From Leptospirillum sp. (lineage in GTDB: Bacteria > Nitrospirota > Leptospirillia > Leptospirillales > Leptospirillaceae), in NCBI GenBank assembly GCA_027315205.1, contig DAHUYM010000005.1, forward strand, positions 7,638 to 71,637: a stretch of DNA of 64,000 bases, written 5' to 3'. Below the pieces are notes generated by a model. The model made no database searches. It saw nothing but the letters and a program-made list of their open reading frames with translations, and had not been told where the DNA came from. Shown here piece by piece: positions 18,576 through 26,889 of this stretch; position 1 is the first letter of the stretch, and each line of letters starts with the position of its first letter. A program made the position numbers and the translations under genes.

Positions 18576-18914
18576 TCAGGCCCTAGCGCGGGAGGATGAG
18601 GAGGCAACAGCCCTGCAGGCCGTGCAGGGACAGATGCGTTTCAGGAGATCGAAGGAATAGACACCGGTGCCGTGTCCGTCGCTGAAACGGATCGACACGG
18701 CATAGTTTCCGACGGCCGTCACCGAGACCGGACGGATATCGGGCGGGATCCTGTCCTTAGTGATGAGCTTCTCCCCGGTCCACTCGTGGATGCATTCGGC
18801 GCACCCGCAGTTTTCACGGAGGTATGCGTACGGGTATAGACTCTCGTGCCCGTCCTGCCAGAGGATCCGGACGGCCCGGTTCTCGACCGGTGCGATTTCG
18901 GAGGGGATATCCAT
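18576..18914 (-). CDS. DUF971 (gamma-butyrobetaine hydroxylase-like N-terminal domain) protein
   Basis: ...VRILWQDGHESLYPYAYLRENCGCAECIHEWTGEK...IRFSDGHGTGVYSFDLL... is the typical DUF971 pattern. Confidence 0.75.
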   Translation of the reverse strand: MDIPSEIAPVENRAVRILWQDGHESLYPYAYLRENCGCAECIHEWTGEKLITKDRIPPDIRPVSVTAVGNYAVSIRFSDGHGTGVYSFDLLKRICPCTACRAVASSSSRARA

Positions 18915-18961
18915 ATCATCAGTATAGAGGGTCGAAGCGTCGGGCTCAAGTCCGCTCCGGG

Positions 18962-20038
18962 TCAGGATTCGTCCTCCTCGGCCTTGGAAGGCCGGGACAT
19001 GAGAGACCGCAGGGTATCGGAAAGCCCCGCTCCCTCGTAAAGGATCCGGTATATGGCCCGGGTGATCGGCAGGTCGATTCCCAATTCCCGGGAGAGTTCA
19101 TAGGCCGACTGGGCGGTCGGGACTCCTTCCGCCACCTGGCCGACCTCTTTCAGTGTTTCGGGAAGAGATTCCCCCCTCCCCAGCTGGATGCCGACGCGAC
19201 GGTTCCTCGACAACTCGGACGTTGCGGTCAGGAAAAGGTCGCCGACTCCACCCAGCCCCGAAAAGGTTCTCCTGTCCGCCCCCAATCGAACCCCAAGGCG
19301 GGTCATCTCGGCCAGCCCACGGGTCAGGAGTGCGGCACGGCTGTTCGCTCCGAGCTCCATGCCGTCCGAAATCCCCGACGCCAACGCGATCACGTTTTTC
19401 ATCGCCCCTCCCACCTCGGTTCCGATAACGTCGTGGCGGGTATAGACCTTGAATGTCGGCGCATTGAAAAGGGACTGCCCCTCACGGGCGAGACGCTCCG
19501 AAGAGGAGGCGATGACGACGGCCGTCGGAAGATGCTTTGCGACCTCCTTGGCGAACGAGGGTCCCGAAAGTATGGCATAGAGCCCGGGATCGTCCGAGTA
19601 GACGTCTCGGAGGATGGAAGAAACCAGCGAATGGGTCTCCCTTTCGATCCCCTTGGTACCGCTGATCAACGGGAGAGGGTCTTTCATGAGGGACCTGAGG
19701 TGGATCGCCACCGGTCGGACCGCCTGGCAGGGTACGGCCAGGACGACGACCGACGACCCGGAAAGCCCCTCTTCAAGGCTGTCCGTCACCGCTAGGGTGG
19801 CCGGATAGGTCATTCCCGGAAGATAGACCCGGTTTTCCCGGGTGGCCCGGATATCGCTTGCGAGAATGGGGTCGCGGATCCACTGGAAGACCGGAAGTCC
19901 TTTTTCCGCCAGGTGAAGCGCCAGGGCCGTCCCCCACGATCCCCCTCCGACCACGAGAGGGTGGGGGGGATCTCCCAGGAGACGGTGAACAGAGGGATCC
20001 ATATCGGGCATACGTTCTTTCACCTTCTCCATCGGCAA
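18962..20038 (-). CDS. gpsA: NAD(P)H-dependent glycerol-3-phosphate dehydrogenase
   Basis: VVGGGSWGTALA, GTKGIE, GGAMKNVIALASGISDG and LSRNRRVG. The exact start among several N-terminal Met codons is uncertain. Confidence 0.9.
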   Translation of the reverse strand: MPMEKVKERMPDMDPSVHRLLGDPPHPLVVGGGSWGTALALHLAEKGLPVFQWIRDPILASDIRATRENRVYLPGMTYPATLAVTDSLEEGLSGSSVVVLAVPCQAVRPVAIHLRSLMKDPLPLISGTKGIERETHSLVSSILRDVYSDDPGLYAILSGPSFAKEVAKHLPTAVVIASSSERLAREGQSLFNAPTFKVYTRHDVIGTEVGGAMKNVIALASGISDGMELGANSRAALLTRGLAEMTRLGVRLGADRRTFSGLGGVGDLFLTATSELSRNRRVGIQLGRGESLPETLKEVGQVAEGVPTAQSAYELSRELGIDLPITRAIYRILYEGAGLSDTLRSLMSRPSKAEEDES

Positions 20039-20175
20039 TCGTGAATGTCAGGATTTCGCAAGCCTTTCGGAGGGGTTCCCCGAAAAACACGCGATCCGGA
20101 ACTATGGCAAAAGTTCGGTAATGGTACACTATACACGCGAAATAGGCATATTCCATCTTTACATGGGAGCGTCCT

Positions 20176-20832
20176 ATGGAAAACCGGAATTTCTTGGACC
20201 GCGCGGATGCCGGGAAACAACTGGCCGAGGCGCTTCGTGAAGCAGGGCATTCCTTCGATTTCGTGTTCGCTCTCGTCCGTGGTGGCGTTCCGGTCGGGCT
20301 TCCCGTCGCACGCGAGTTCGCAGTCCCCCTGGTCCCGATGGTCGTCCGGAAAATCGGCATGCCGGGCCAACGAGAACTGGCGCTCGGTGCGATTTCTGAA
20401 GGAGGGGCGATCCGATGGAACGCCGATCTGACCGAAAGCGGCCGGTTCGGAGAAGAGGAGCTCTCACGCCTCAGGGACAAGGCGCGGGCGGAAGTGCAGG
20501 AAAAGATAGGTCGGCTCCGCTCGGGACAGCCACTCCCTCCTGTCGCGGATAAAAAGATCCTGGTCGTCGACGACGGGGCTGCAACCGGGGCGACGCTTCT
20601 CGCGGCGGTCGATGACCTCGAAAGGATGGGCGCCGCCGTCATGGTCGGACTCCCCGTCGCCCCGGCTTCGTTCCTCCGGAACCTGAAACGCCTGGGCATC
20701 CCGGCCCTTATCCTGAAGGTACCGCTTGATTTCCAGGCGGTCGGCGAATGGTACGACGATTTCCGGGAGGTGACGGACGGTGCGGTTCTCCTGACCCTCC
20801 AGCAGTCTTCCTCTTCCCCCAGAAAAGCATGA
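20176..20832 (+). CDS. Phosphoribosyltransferase-family protein
   Basis: 218 aa. The PRPP-binding loop is ILVVDDGAATGAT. Confidence 0.75.
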   Translation: MENRNFLDRADAGKQLAEALREAGHSFDFVFALVRGGVPVGLPVAREFAVPLVPMVVRKIGMPGQRELALGAISEGGAIRWNADLTESGRFGEEELSRLRDKARAEVQEKIGRLRSGQPLPPVADKKILVVDDGAATGATLLAAVDDLERMGAAVMVGLPVAPASFLRNLKRLGIPALILKVPLDFQAVGEWYDDFREVTDGAVLLTLQQSSSSPRKA

Positions 20833-21034
20833 TCGTCGGCTCCGACAGGCACTATAGAATCAGAGGGAACGGCTGATGGCTCGCCGGGATTTTACAGCCG
20901 CCGGGTAAGAGGGTTAAAATCACCTTAAAGCTAAAACCCTCGGTCCGGGAATGACGGGACACCCCGCATGTCATGTCACAAGCCCCCGGAACGAAACGGC
21001 ACATGAGAGAACAGTCCCGACCAAAGAAGGATCC

Positions 21035-22333
21035 ATGCTCGACATCCGGCAGTTCAGTTCTGATCCCGATCCCGTACGTATCGCTCTCAAGAATCGCGGA
21101 ACATCCTTCGATCTCGACGGTCTGCTCGAGGAGGAAAAGAAGCTCTCGAACCTCCGAAAACAATGGGAGGCCCTCAGGGAGCGCAGGAATAGGCTCTCCG
21201 AGGAAGTCGGCCGCCTGAAAAAAGAAGGACAGGATGCGTCCGAACGGATGGAGGAATCCCGGTCTATCAATGGAGAAATCGCCCGGATCGAAGCCGACCT
21301 CGCCAAACGGGAAGAAACCGTCAGGGAACGCCTTCTGCTCCTTCCGAACACGCCCCACATGTCGGTCCCGGTCGGCCCCGACGAAAAGTCCAACCGCGAA
21401 ATACTAAAGACGGGAATTCCCCGCTCCTTCGATTTCGAACCCAAGCCCCATTGGGAGATAGGTTCGAGGCTCGGCATCCTCGATTTCGACGGGGCGTCCG
21501 TCCTGTCGGGAAGCCGTTTTTCGGTGCTGAAAGGGGCTGCGGCCCGGATGGAGCGCGCCCTGGTCTCCTACATGATCGACTGCCATACCCGGCCCGATGT
21601 TCCGAGACTCTCGGGAAAACCGTACACCGAGCTGAGCGTCCCGTTTCTGGTCCGTCCCGAAATGCTCGAAGGAACCGGTCAGCTTCCGAAATTCAGGGAG
21701 GAGATCTTCGCCATCCCCGAAGACGACCTCTACCTGATCCCGACGGCGGAAGTCCCCGTGACGAACCTTCACCGGGACGGGATCCTGGACGAAGCCGTCC
21801 TTCCGGTGAAATATGTCGCCGCGACAGCCTGTTTCCGAAGGGAGGCGGGAGCCGCGGGCAAGGACACCCGGGGCCTGATCCGGCAACATCAGTTCGCGAA
21901 GGTCGAACTCGTGTGGATCACGCGACCGGAAACCTCGTATGCCGATCTGGAAGAGCTGACCGGCGACGCCGAATCCGTCCTGGTCGGTCTCGGTCTCCCG
22001 TTCCGGAGGGTCGTCCTTTGTACGGGGGATCTCGGCTTCTCGTCCGCCAAAACCTACGACATCGAAGTCTGGATGCCGTCCCAGGGGGTCTACCGGGAAA
22101 TATCGTCCTGCTCCAACTTCGAAGAGTTCCAGGCCCGGCGCGCGAGTATCCGTTACCGGACGACCGGGACCCGGAAGACAAAGCCCGTCCACACGATGAA
22201 CGGATCCGGAGTCGCCATAGGGCGGACCATCGCCGCGATCTTCGAAAACTATCAGGAGTCCGACGGTTCGGTCCGGATTCCCGAGCCGCTGGTACCTTAT
22301 ATGGGCGGGCTACGCACGCTGGATCTTTCCTAA
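21035..22333 (+). CDS. serS: Seryl-tRNA synthetase
   Basis: Trimmed to ATG 21035 (MLDIRQF...). N-terminal coiled-coil arm. Class II motifs [21 protein letters not shown] and [16 protein letters not shown]. Confidence 0.95.
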   Translation: MLDIRQFSSDPDPVRIALKNRGTSFDLDGLLEEEKKLSNLRKQWEALRERRNRLSEEVGRLKKEGQDASERMEESRSINGEIARIEADLAKREETVRERLLLLPNTPHMSVPVGPDEKSNREILKTGIPRSFDFEPKPHWEIGSRLGILDFDGASVLSGSRFSVLKGAAARMERALVSYMIDCHTRPDVPRLSGKPYTELSVPFLVRPEMLEGTGQLPKFREEIFAIPEDDLYLIPTAEVPVTNLHRDGILDEAVLPVKYVAATACFRREAGAAGKDTRGLIRQHQFAKVELVWITRPETSYADLEELTGDAESVLVGLGLPFRRVVLCTGDLGFSSAKTYDIEVWMPSQGVYREISSCSNFEEFQARRASIRYRTTGTRKTKPVHTMNGSGVAIGRTIAAIFENYQESDGSVRIPEPLVPYMGGLRTLDLS

Positions 22334-22358
22334 CCCTGGCATTCCTGGAGGCACCGCG

Positions 22359-22718
22359 ATGACCACGCCCCTCGTTCTCTATATCGGAAAGGACCTCATG
22401 CTTTCCGGGCCGATCCGCCAAGCGGCCCAGGCTTCCGGATGGCCTTTCAGACAATCGGAAGATCTTTCGACACTGCCGGAGGAGTGCGACCCCCTTGTCG
22501 TCGTCGCCGATCTCGGGGCCCTGAAAGAACGGGCGGAGCTTCTCGGTCAATCGGCCCGGCTCCGTCCGGGGAAAACCTTCCTTGCGGGCATCGCATTCCA
22601 CACCGATACAGAGAGCCATGAACGGGCGACCCGGGCGCATTTCGACCGGGTCATCCATCGTTCCCGCCTCGGCCCGGACCTGAAGGACCTTCTTGATGCG
22701 ATTCTTGCCGGTCGCTAG
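22359..22718 (+). CDS. Hypothetical protein, possibly a degenerate CheY-like receiver fold
   Basis: 119 aa. The beta-alpha pattern (LVLYIGKD...VVVADLG...GIAFHTD) is reminiscent of a receiver domain, but the conserved residues are incomplete. The call is weak. Confidence 0.5.
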   Translation: MTTPLVLYIGKDLMLSGPIRQAAQASGWPFRQSEDLSTLPEECDPLVVVADLGALKERAELLGQSARLRPGKTFLAGIAFHTDTESHERATRAHFDRVIHRSRLGPDLKDLLDAILAGR

Positions 22719-23415
22719 CCGTTCGGGGACTGTCTTCGCCGCGGTCCTCCTGACAGCACAGGCCACCTGGGGAAATGTCCCGCCGACTTCACCGGCTCCG
22801 GTCCCGAACCCGCGGACGCTCGATTGCCAGGGCAACCTGGACTCGGTGATCCGGGCTCTCGAGGTTTCCCAGACGGATCGGAAGAAAATAGGAACCCTGC
22901 TCCTGAAGGCCCGTCTCCTGAGGGACGACCGAAGTCGGAAGAACGCACGGAGCGAGGGAATGGCCGCCCTCGACGAAGGCCTCTCGAAAGCGCTGGAAGC
23001 CGAGGTCCGATACCCGACAAAATCATGGCCCTGGGCACTCGAAGCCATGCTCGATCTCGTGAAGACACAGTACCTCGGTTTTCCGAAGGGCATGTCCGTC
23101 GCTACCCGGGCGAGCCGGGCCAACAAAAAAGCCCTGGAGCTGGAGCCGGACGACCCGGAAGCAAACCTGTCCAAGGGGATCGAATATTATTACAAGCCCT
23201 GGTTCGTGGGGGGATCGTTTGTCAAGGCGCTCGATCGATTCCGAAAAGCCCGGGACGCCGATCCGACGAACCCCCGCATCCTTTCATGGACCGGACTCGC
23301 GTATCTGGCGCTCGACCGGGACCGGCGGGGTTTTGCGCTGTTGAAAAAGGCGTCGGACCTCTGTCCGGGAAATCCGATCTATGCCCGAAGGCTCCGGACC
23401 CGGAGACCCAGATGA
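22693..23415 (+). CDS. Secreted TPR-like repeat protein
   Basis: Signal-peptide-like N-terminus (VFAAVLLTAQATWG), then helical-repeat sequences (...KKALELEPDDPEANLSKG..., ...FRKARDADPTNPRILSWTGLAYLAL...). Confidence 0.6.
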   Translation: MMRFLPVASRSGTVFAAVLLTAQATWGNVPPTSPAPVPNPRTLDCQGNLDSVIRALEVSQTDRKKIGTLLLKARLLRDDRSRKNARSEGMAALDEGLSKALEAEVRYPTKSWPWALEAMLDLVKTQYLGFPKGMSVATRASRANKKALELEPDDPEANLSKGIEYYYKPWFVGGSFVKALDRFRKARDADPTNPRILSWTGLAYLALDRDRRGFALLKKASDLCPGNPIYARRLRTRRPR

Positions 23416-23696
23416 CGGAAGGACCTGCTCCTTCCGGCCCCGATCCGGAACGCCGCCGGATTTTCCTCCGGTGCGGGGATACGGTCAAACACCGGGATTA
23501 CCCGGAATGGGGTTTGGGCAAGGTCGTCCAGATTTCCGTCTCCCAGCTTCCGGGAGGAGCGGCGTATGCCCGGATCCAGTTCTCCGACGGCCAGGAGAGA
23601 ACGTTCTTCAACGACCTGGACGATGAGCGGTGCGGGTACTATCGAGGTCTCGTCCGAACCGAGACCCAGGAGGGTCGAATCCCATTTCACTTGTGA
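23412..23696 (+). CDS. DUF3553-like small protein (Tudor/SH3-like mini-domain)
   Basis: 94 aa, in frame inside listed ORF 22824..23696. GDTVKHRDYPEWGLGKVVQ...YARIQFSDGQERTF matches the DUF3553 pattern as I recall it. ATGA overlap upstream and GTGA overlap downstream. Confidence 0.6.
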   Translation: MTEGPAPSGPDPERRRIFLRCGDTVKHRDYPEWGLGKVVQISVSQLPGGAAYARIQFSDGQERTFFNDLDDERCGYYRGLVRTETQEGRIPFHL

Positions 23697-25357
23697 CCGG
23701 TAACACGCGCGGATTGAAAGCCAGCCAGATCCAGGCCCTCACCCGCCTGGGGCGAAGACGTGTTCCCCCCGATCTGTGGATGACGGCGGAACTCGCTAAA
23801 AGCCTGGCCGAGGTCAGCCACGACACGGGCCGGCAGGTCGGCCTCTTCCTTTCCCGGGACGGGGACGTCCAACAGGTCCTTGTCGGCTCGGCCAACGAAC
23901 TCTATATCGAGAAGCTGCCGCCCTCCCGCGGAGGAGATCGGCTTCTCCGCGGCCTTCTGATGGTGCACACCCACCTTCGGGGCGAGCCTATTTCCCAGGA
24001 CGACCTCAACGATCTGGCCCTTTTGCGTCTTGATGCCCAGATCGTCCTCCACTTGAAACGCGACTCGTCCGATATCGACAGCTTCTCCCGGGCCACGATC
24101 GCCCCCGATCCTCTCGCGGCCTCCCCCTGGCATATAGAGCCGGGTCTTCGCATCCAGCCCGGCGCCCTTTCGGGACATGAACGGGTCGAAGAGATCGAAG
24201 AGGAGATGCGCCGCGTCCGTTCCGCTTCCCGCCACAAGCTTTCCCTCCGCGAGCGCGCGATCCTGGTTTCGGTATCGAACGAGGCCGTGTCGACCCAGGA
24301 GGAAAATCTCGAGGAACTGGCCGAACTCGCCGAATCCGCGGGCGTCGACGTCCTGGGCCGTGAGTTCCAGAGGATCTCGACCTACCATCCGAGCACCCTC
24401 ATGAGCCGGGAACGCCTGAAATCCCTGATTATCCACGCCCTCCAGGTCCAGGCCACACTGATCATCTTCGAGCAGAACCTCTCCCCCGCCCAGGTGAAAT
24501 CGATCGCGGACATGACCGAACTTAAGGTGATCGACCGGACCCAGCTGATCCTGGACATCTTCGCCCGGCGTGCTCATTCGAGCGACGGGAAACTGCAGGT
24601 CGAACTGGCGCAGCTCCGCTATCTCCTTCCGAGGCTCGAACGCCGTTCCACGGCGCTGTCCCGGCTGACGGGTGGCATCGGGGGACGCGGACCAGGGGAG
24701 ACCCGCCTCGAGGAAGATCGCCGGCGTGTGAGGGACCGGATCGCCCAGTTGGGAGTCAAGCTCGAAAGGGTTGGGGAAGAGCGCCGGCAAAGAAAGGGGC
24801 GGCGGACGGAAAAAGAGCTTCCGATCGTGTCCCTCGTGGGATACACGAACGTGGGTAAATCCACGCTCCTGAACAGGCTTACCGGAAGCGCGGTCCTGAC
24901 TGAAAACAAGATGTTCGCGACCCTCGACCCGACGACCCGGCGGCTTCGATTTCCCCGAGAACGGGAGATTATCCTGACCGACACGGTGGGTTTCATACGG
25001 AACCTTCCGGGCGATCTTAAGAGAGCTTTTCTCGCCACGTTCGACGAATTGAAGGATGCCCATCTTCTCGTCCATGTGGCGGACGCCGCCCACCCGATGG
25101 TCTCCGACCAGATCGAACGGGTCGAAGAACTCCTGAAAGAGATGTCGATCGACCACATCCCGAGACTCCTCGTCCTGAACAAGATCGATCTCCTCGAACC
25201 CTTGGACCGCGAAGCCCTCGCTTCCCGATTCCCGGGGTCTATCGCGGTATCGGCGCTCGACTTGAACACCCTGTCCCCACTTCTCGAGACGATGGAGGAC
25301 CGGCTGTTCCATCGCTCCTTCACCGATGCGCCGGACAGAATCGTGGCCCGGCGATGA
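23693..25357 (+). CDS. hflX: GTPase HflX, long form with ~190-aa N-terminal extension
   Basis: HflX N-domain ...[29 protein letters not shown]1 [10 protein letters not shown]3 DTVGF, G4 NKID. Start set to GTG 23693 (GTGA overlap). The extension precedes the usual RAILVSV start of HflX. Confidence 0.85.
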   Translation: MTGNTRGLKASQIQALTRLGRRRVPPDLWMTAELAKSLAEVSHDTGRQVGLFLSRDGDVQQVLVGSANELYIEKLPPSRGGDRLLRGLLMVHTHLRGEPISQDDLNDLALLRLDAQIVLHLKRDSSDIDSFSRATIAPDPLAASPWHIEPGLRIQPGALSGHERVEEIEEEMRRVRSASRHKLSLRERAILVSVSNEAVSTQEENLEELAELAESAGVDVLGREFQRISTYHPSTLMSRERLKSLIIHALQVQATLIIFEQNLSPAQVKSIADMTELKVIDRTQLILDIFARRAHSSDGKLQVELAQLRYLLPRLERRSTALSRLTGGIGGRGPGETRLEEDRRRVRDRIAQLGVKLERVGEERRQRKGRRTEKELPIVSLVGYTNVGKSTLLNRLTGSAVLTENKMFATLDPTTRRLRFPREREIILTDTVGFIRNLPGDLKRAFLATFDELKDAHLLVHVADAAHPMVSDQIERVEELLKEMSIDHIPRLLVLNKIDLLEPLDREALASRFPGSIAVSALDLNTLSPLLETMEDRLFHRSFTDAPDRIVARR

Positions 25358-25836
25358 ACGGGATCGAAGTCCCGCTCGAACTTTGCCGTGAATGCGGCCA
25401 ATGCTGCCACTTCATTGCGCCTCGGCACCTGTCCCCCTTGGCGTCTAGGGGCGGGGAGCCTCTTCCCGAGGAACTCCTCTCCCGCTCCGGACATCCGTCC
25501 CTGGTATCGGATTCGAAAAACGGAACTCCAGTCTGGACGTGTTCCCTGTTCGACCGTCCATCCGGGCGTTGCCTGGACCATCCAGGACATCCCCTCGACT
25601 GCCGGATCTACCCCCTCGTCCTTTTTTTCGACGACCGGGCCCGGATCGGACTCGACCTTTCCTGTCCGTTCACGGCGATGAAGCCCAGAAGCTGGTTTCT
25701 GGAAAAAGCCGGCGAACTCGCGCAGACCTTCTGGTCGGATCTGTCGACGGAGAACCGGGAGATCCTTCTTCCCCTTCTGAAAGAAGATGCCGGACCCTCT
25801 GTCGATCCGCTCCTCGATCTCGCCACGGGTCCATGA
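25354..25836 (+). CDS. YkgJ-family cysteine-cluster (CxxCxxCC) putative Zn/Fe-binding protein
   Basis: CRECGQCCHF at the N-terminus plus ...CSLFD....GRCLDHPGHPLDCRIYP. ATGA overlap with the hflX stop. Confidence 0.7.
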   Translation: MNGIEVPLELCRECGQCCHFIAPRHLSPLASRGGEPLPEELLSRSGHPSLVSDSKNGTPVWTCSLFDRPSGRCLDHPGHPLDCRIYPLVLFFDDRARIGLDLSCPFTAMKPRSWFLEKAGELAQTFWSDLSTENREILLPLLKEDAGPSVDPLLDLATGP

Positions 25837-26780
25837 CCGAAACGGGAATCTCCCGAACGCGACTTCCCGATCCCCTTCCGGGACGCCTCGAAACCCTCGA
25901 CCGCCTTCTCCCCCCGAAAACGAGGACCCTTTTCTCGGGCACCCACCATCCCCTTTCTTTCCTCCTTTTCGACCGGGGGATCGACCTATGGGAAGCCCGA
26001 TGGGAGAATCGTCCTTTTCTCGTGGCAGAAGCCGGTGGACACTCCTTTCTGCCCGCCCCTCCTTACTGGACCCTCCCGTCCGGGAATTCCGGAGGACTCG
26101 AACATTCCCGCTTCTGGAAAGAATGCGCGCGATCGCTGGCATCATGGAACAATGGCGTCCCTGGCCGGCTCGACGGATTGCCCATGGGCTTCGGCATCCC
26201 AGGGTACCCTCCACCCCGGCGTTCCGAAGTCGACTATCTTCTGGACAGGACGGGGTGGATCCCGCTCGGAGGCCGCAGTTTCCGGGCCATGCGCTGGGAA
26301 CGAAACCGCCTTTTCCGCCTCCGTCCCGATGTCCGTGCCGTACCATGGGACAACACATTTTTTTCGGACGCGATAATCCTTCTGGAACGATTTTTCGCAA
26401 ACCGCAGGGAGAGGTCGAAAGACCCCTACATCCTGGCCCTTCTGGACGATCAGCGCGCGGCCCACGAAAAGGCCCTTTCCCATTCCGACACTCTCGGTCT
26501 CGAAGGGTGGACGCTCGTCTCGGGACACCGCCTGATCGGGATCGAATGGTATGCCCGCGGATCGGGCGATGCGGTCTGTTTCCTGGAAGCACGCGATCCC
26601 GATATCACCGGGATTCCCGTGTTTCTCACCCTGTCCTATTTCGAAGCCCATCCGGACTGCCGGTGGATCAACATCCAGGGGAGCGCCGGCGTTCCCTCAC
26701 TCGAACGGGCGAAATCGCTCGACTGTCCGGCCCTCGCCGTTCCGGTCCATTCGCAGGATCTTCCGCCCGGCGTGCCGTGA
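25833..26780 (+). CDS. DUF2156-like (MprF C-terminal/GNAT-fold) protein
   Basis: 315 aa, in frame inside ORF 25539..26780. ...EVDYLLDRTGWIPLGGRSFRAMRWERNRL... resembles the DYxY...L.G.k....R...N.F block of DUF2156. ATGA overlap upstream. The family call is from memory only. Confidence 0.55.
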   Translation: MTETGISRTRLPDPLPGRLETLDRLLPPKTRTLFSGTHHPLSFLLFDRGIDLWEARWENRPFLVAEAGGHSFLPAPPYWTLPSGNSGGLEHSRFWKECARSLASWNNGVPGRLDGLPMGFGIPGYPPPRRSEVDYLLDRTGWIPLGGRSFRAMRWERNRLFRLRPDVRAVPWDNTFFSDAIILLERFFANRRERSKDPYILALLDDQRAAHEKALSHSDTLGLEGWTLVSGHRLIGIEWYARGSGDAVCFLEARDPDITGIPVFLTLSYFEAHPDCRWINIQGSAGVPSLERAKSLDCPALAVPVHSQDLPPGVP

Positions 26781-26889
26781 CCCGTGTCCTTTCCCTTCGA
26801 ATCCGGCCGGAAGACCCTTGCCAAATCCCTTCAAATAGGAGAAAACAAGGTCTCCGATCCTTCGATCGGAATATCGCTTTGGGAGGGGC

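Noticed and set aside
19773-20852. 359-aa minus-strand ORF across the gpsA start and the phosphoribosyltransferase gene.
   Set aside because: It has Arg/Ser/Pro-rich low-complexity composition. It is antisense to a PRPP-loop-containing gene and out of frame with gpsA.
20833-21034. Possible structured leader (T-box or riboswitch-like) in the ~200-nt region upstream of serS.
   Set aside because: I found only a single 7-bp stem (GAGGGTT...AACCCTC). There is no specifier, T-box or other conserved riboswitch core that I can recognise.
24619-26592. 657-aa minus-strand ORF.
   Set aside because: It is antisense to hflX, the YkgJ-type gene and the DUF2156-like gene. Its composition is extremely rich in Arg/Gly/Ser/Pro, and it has no motif.
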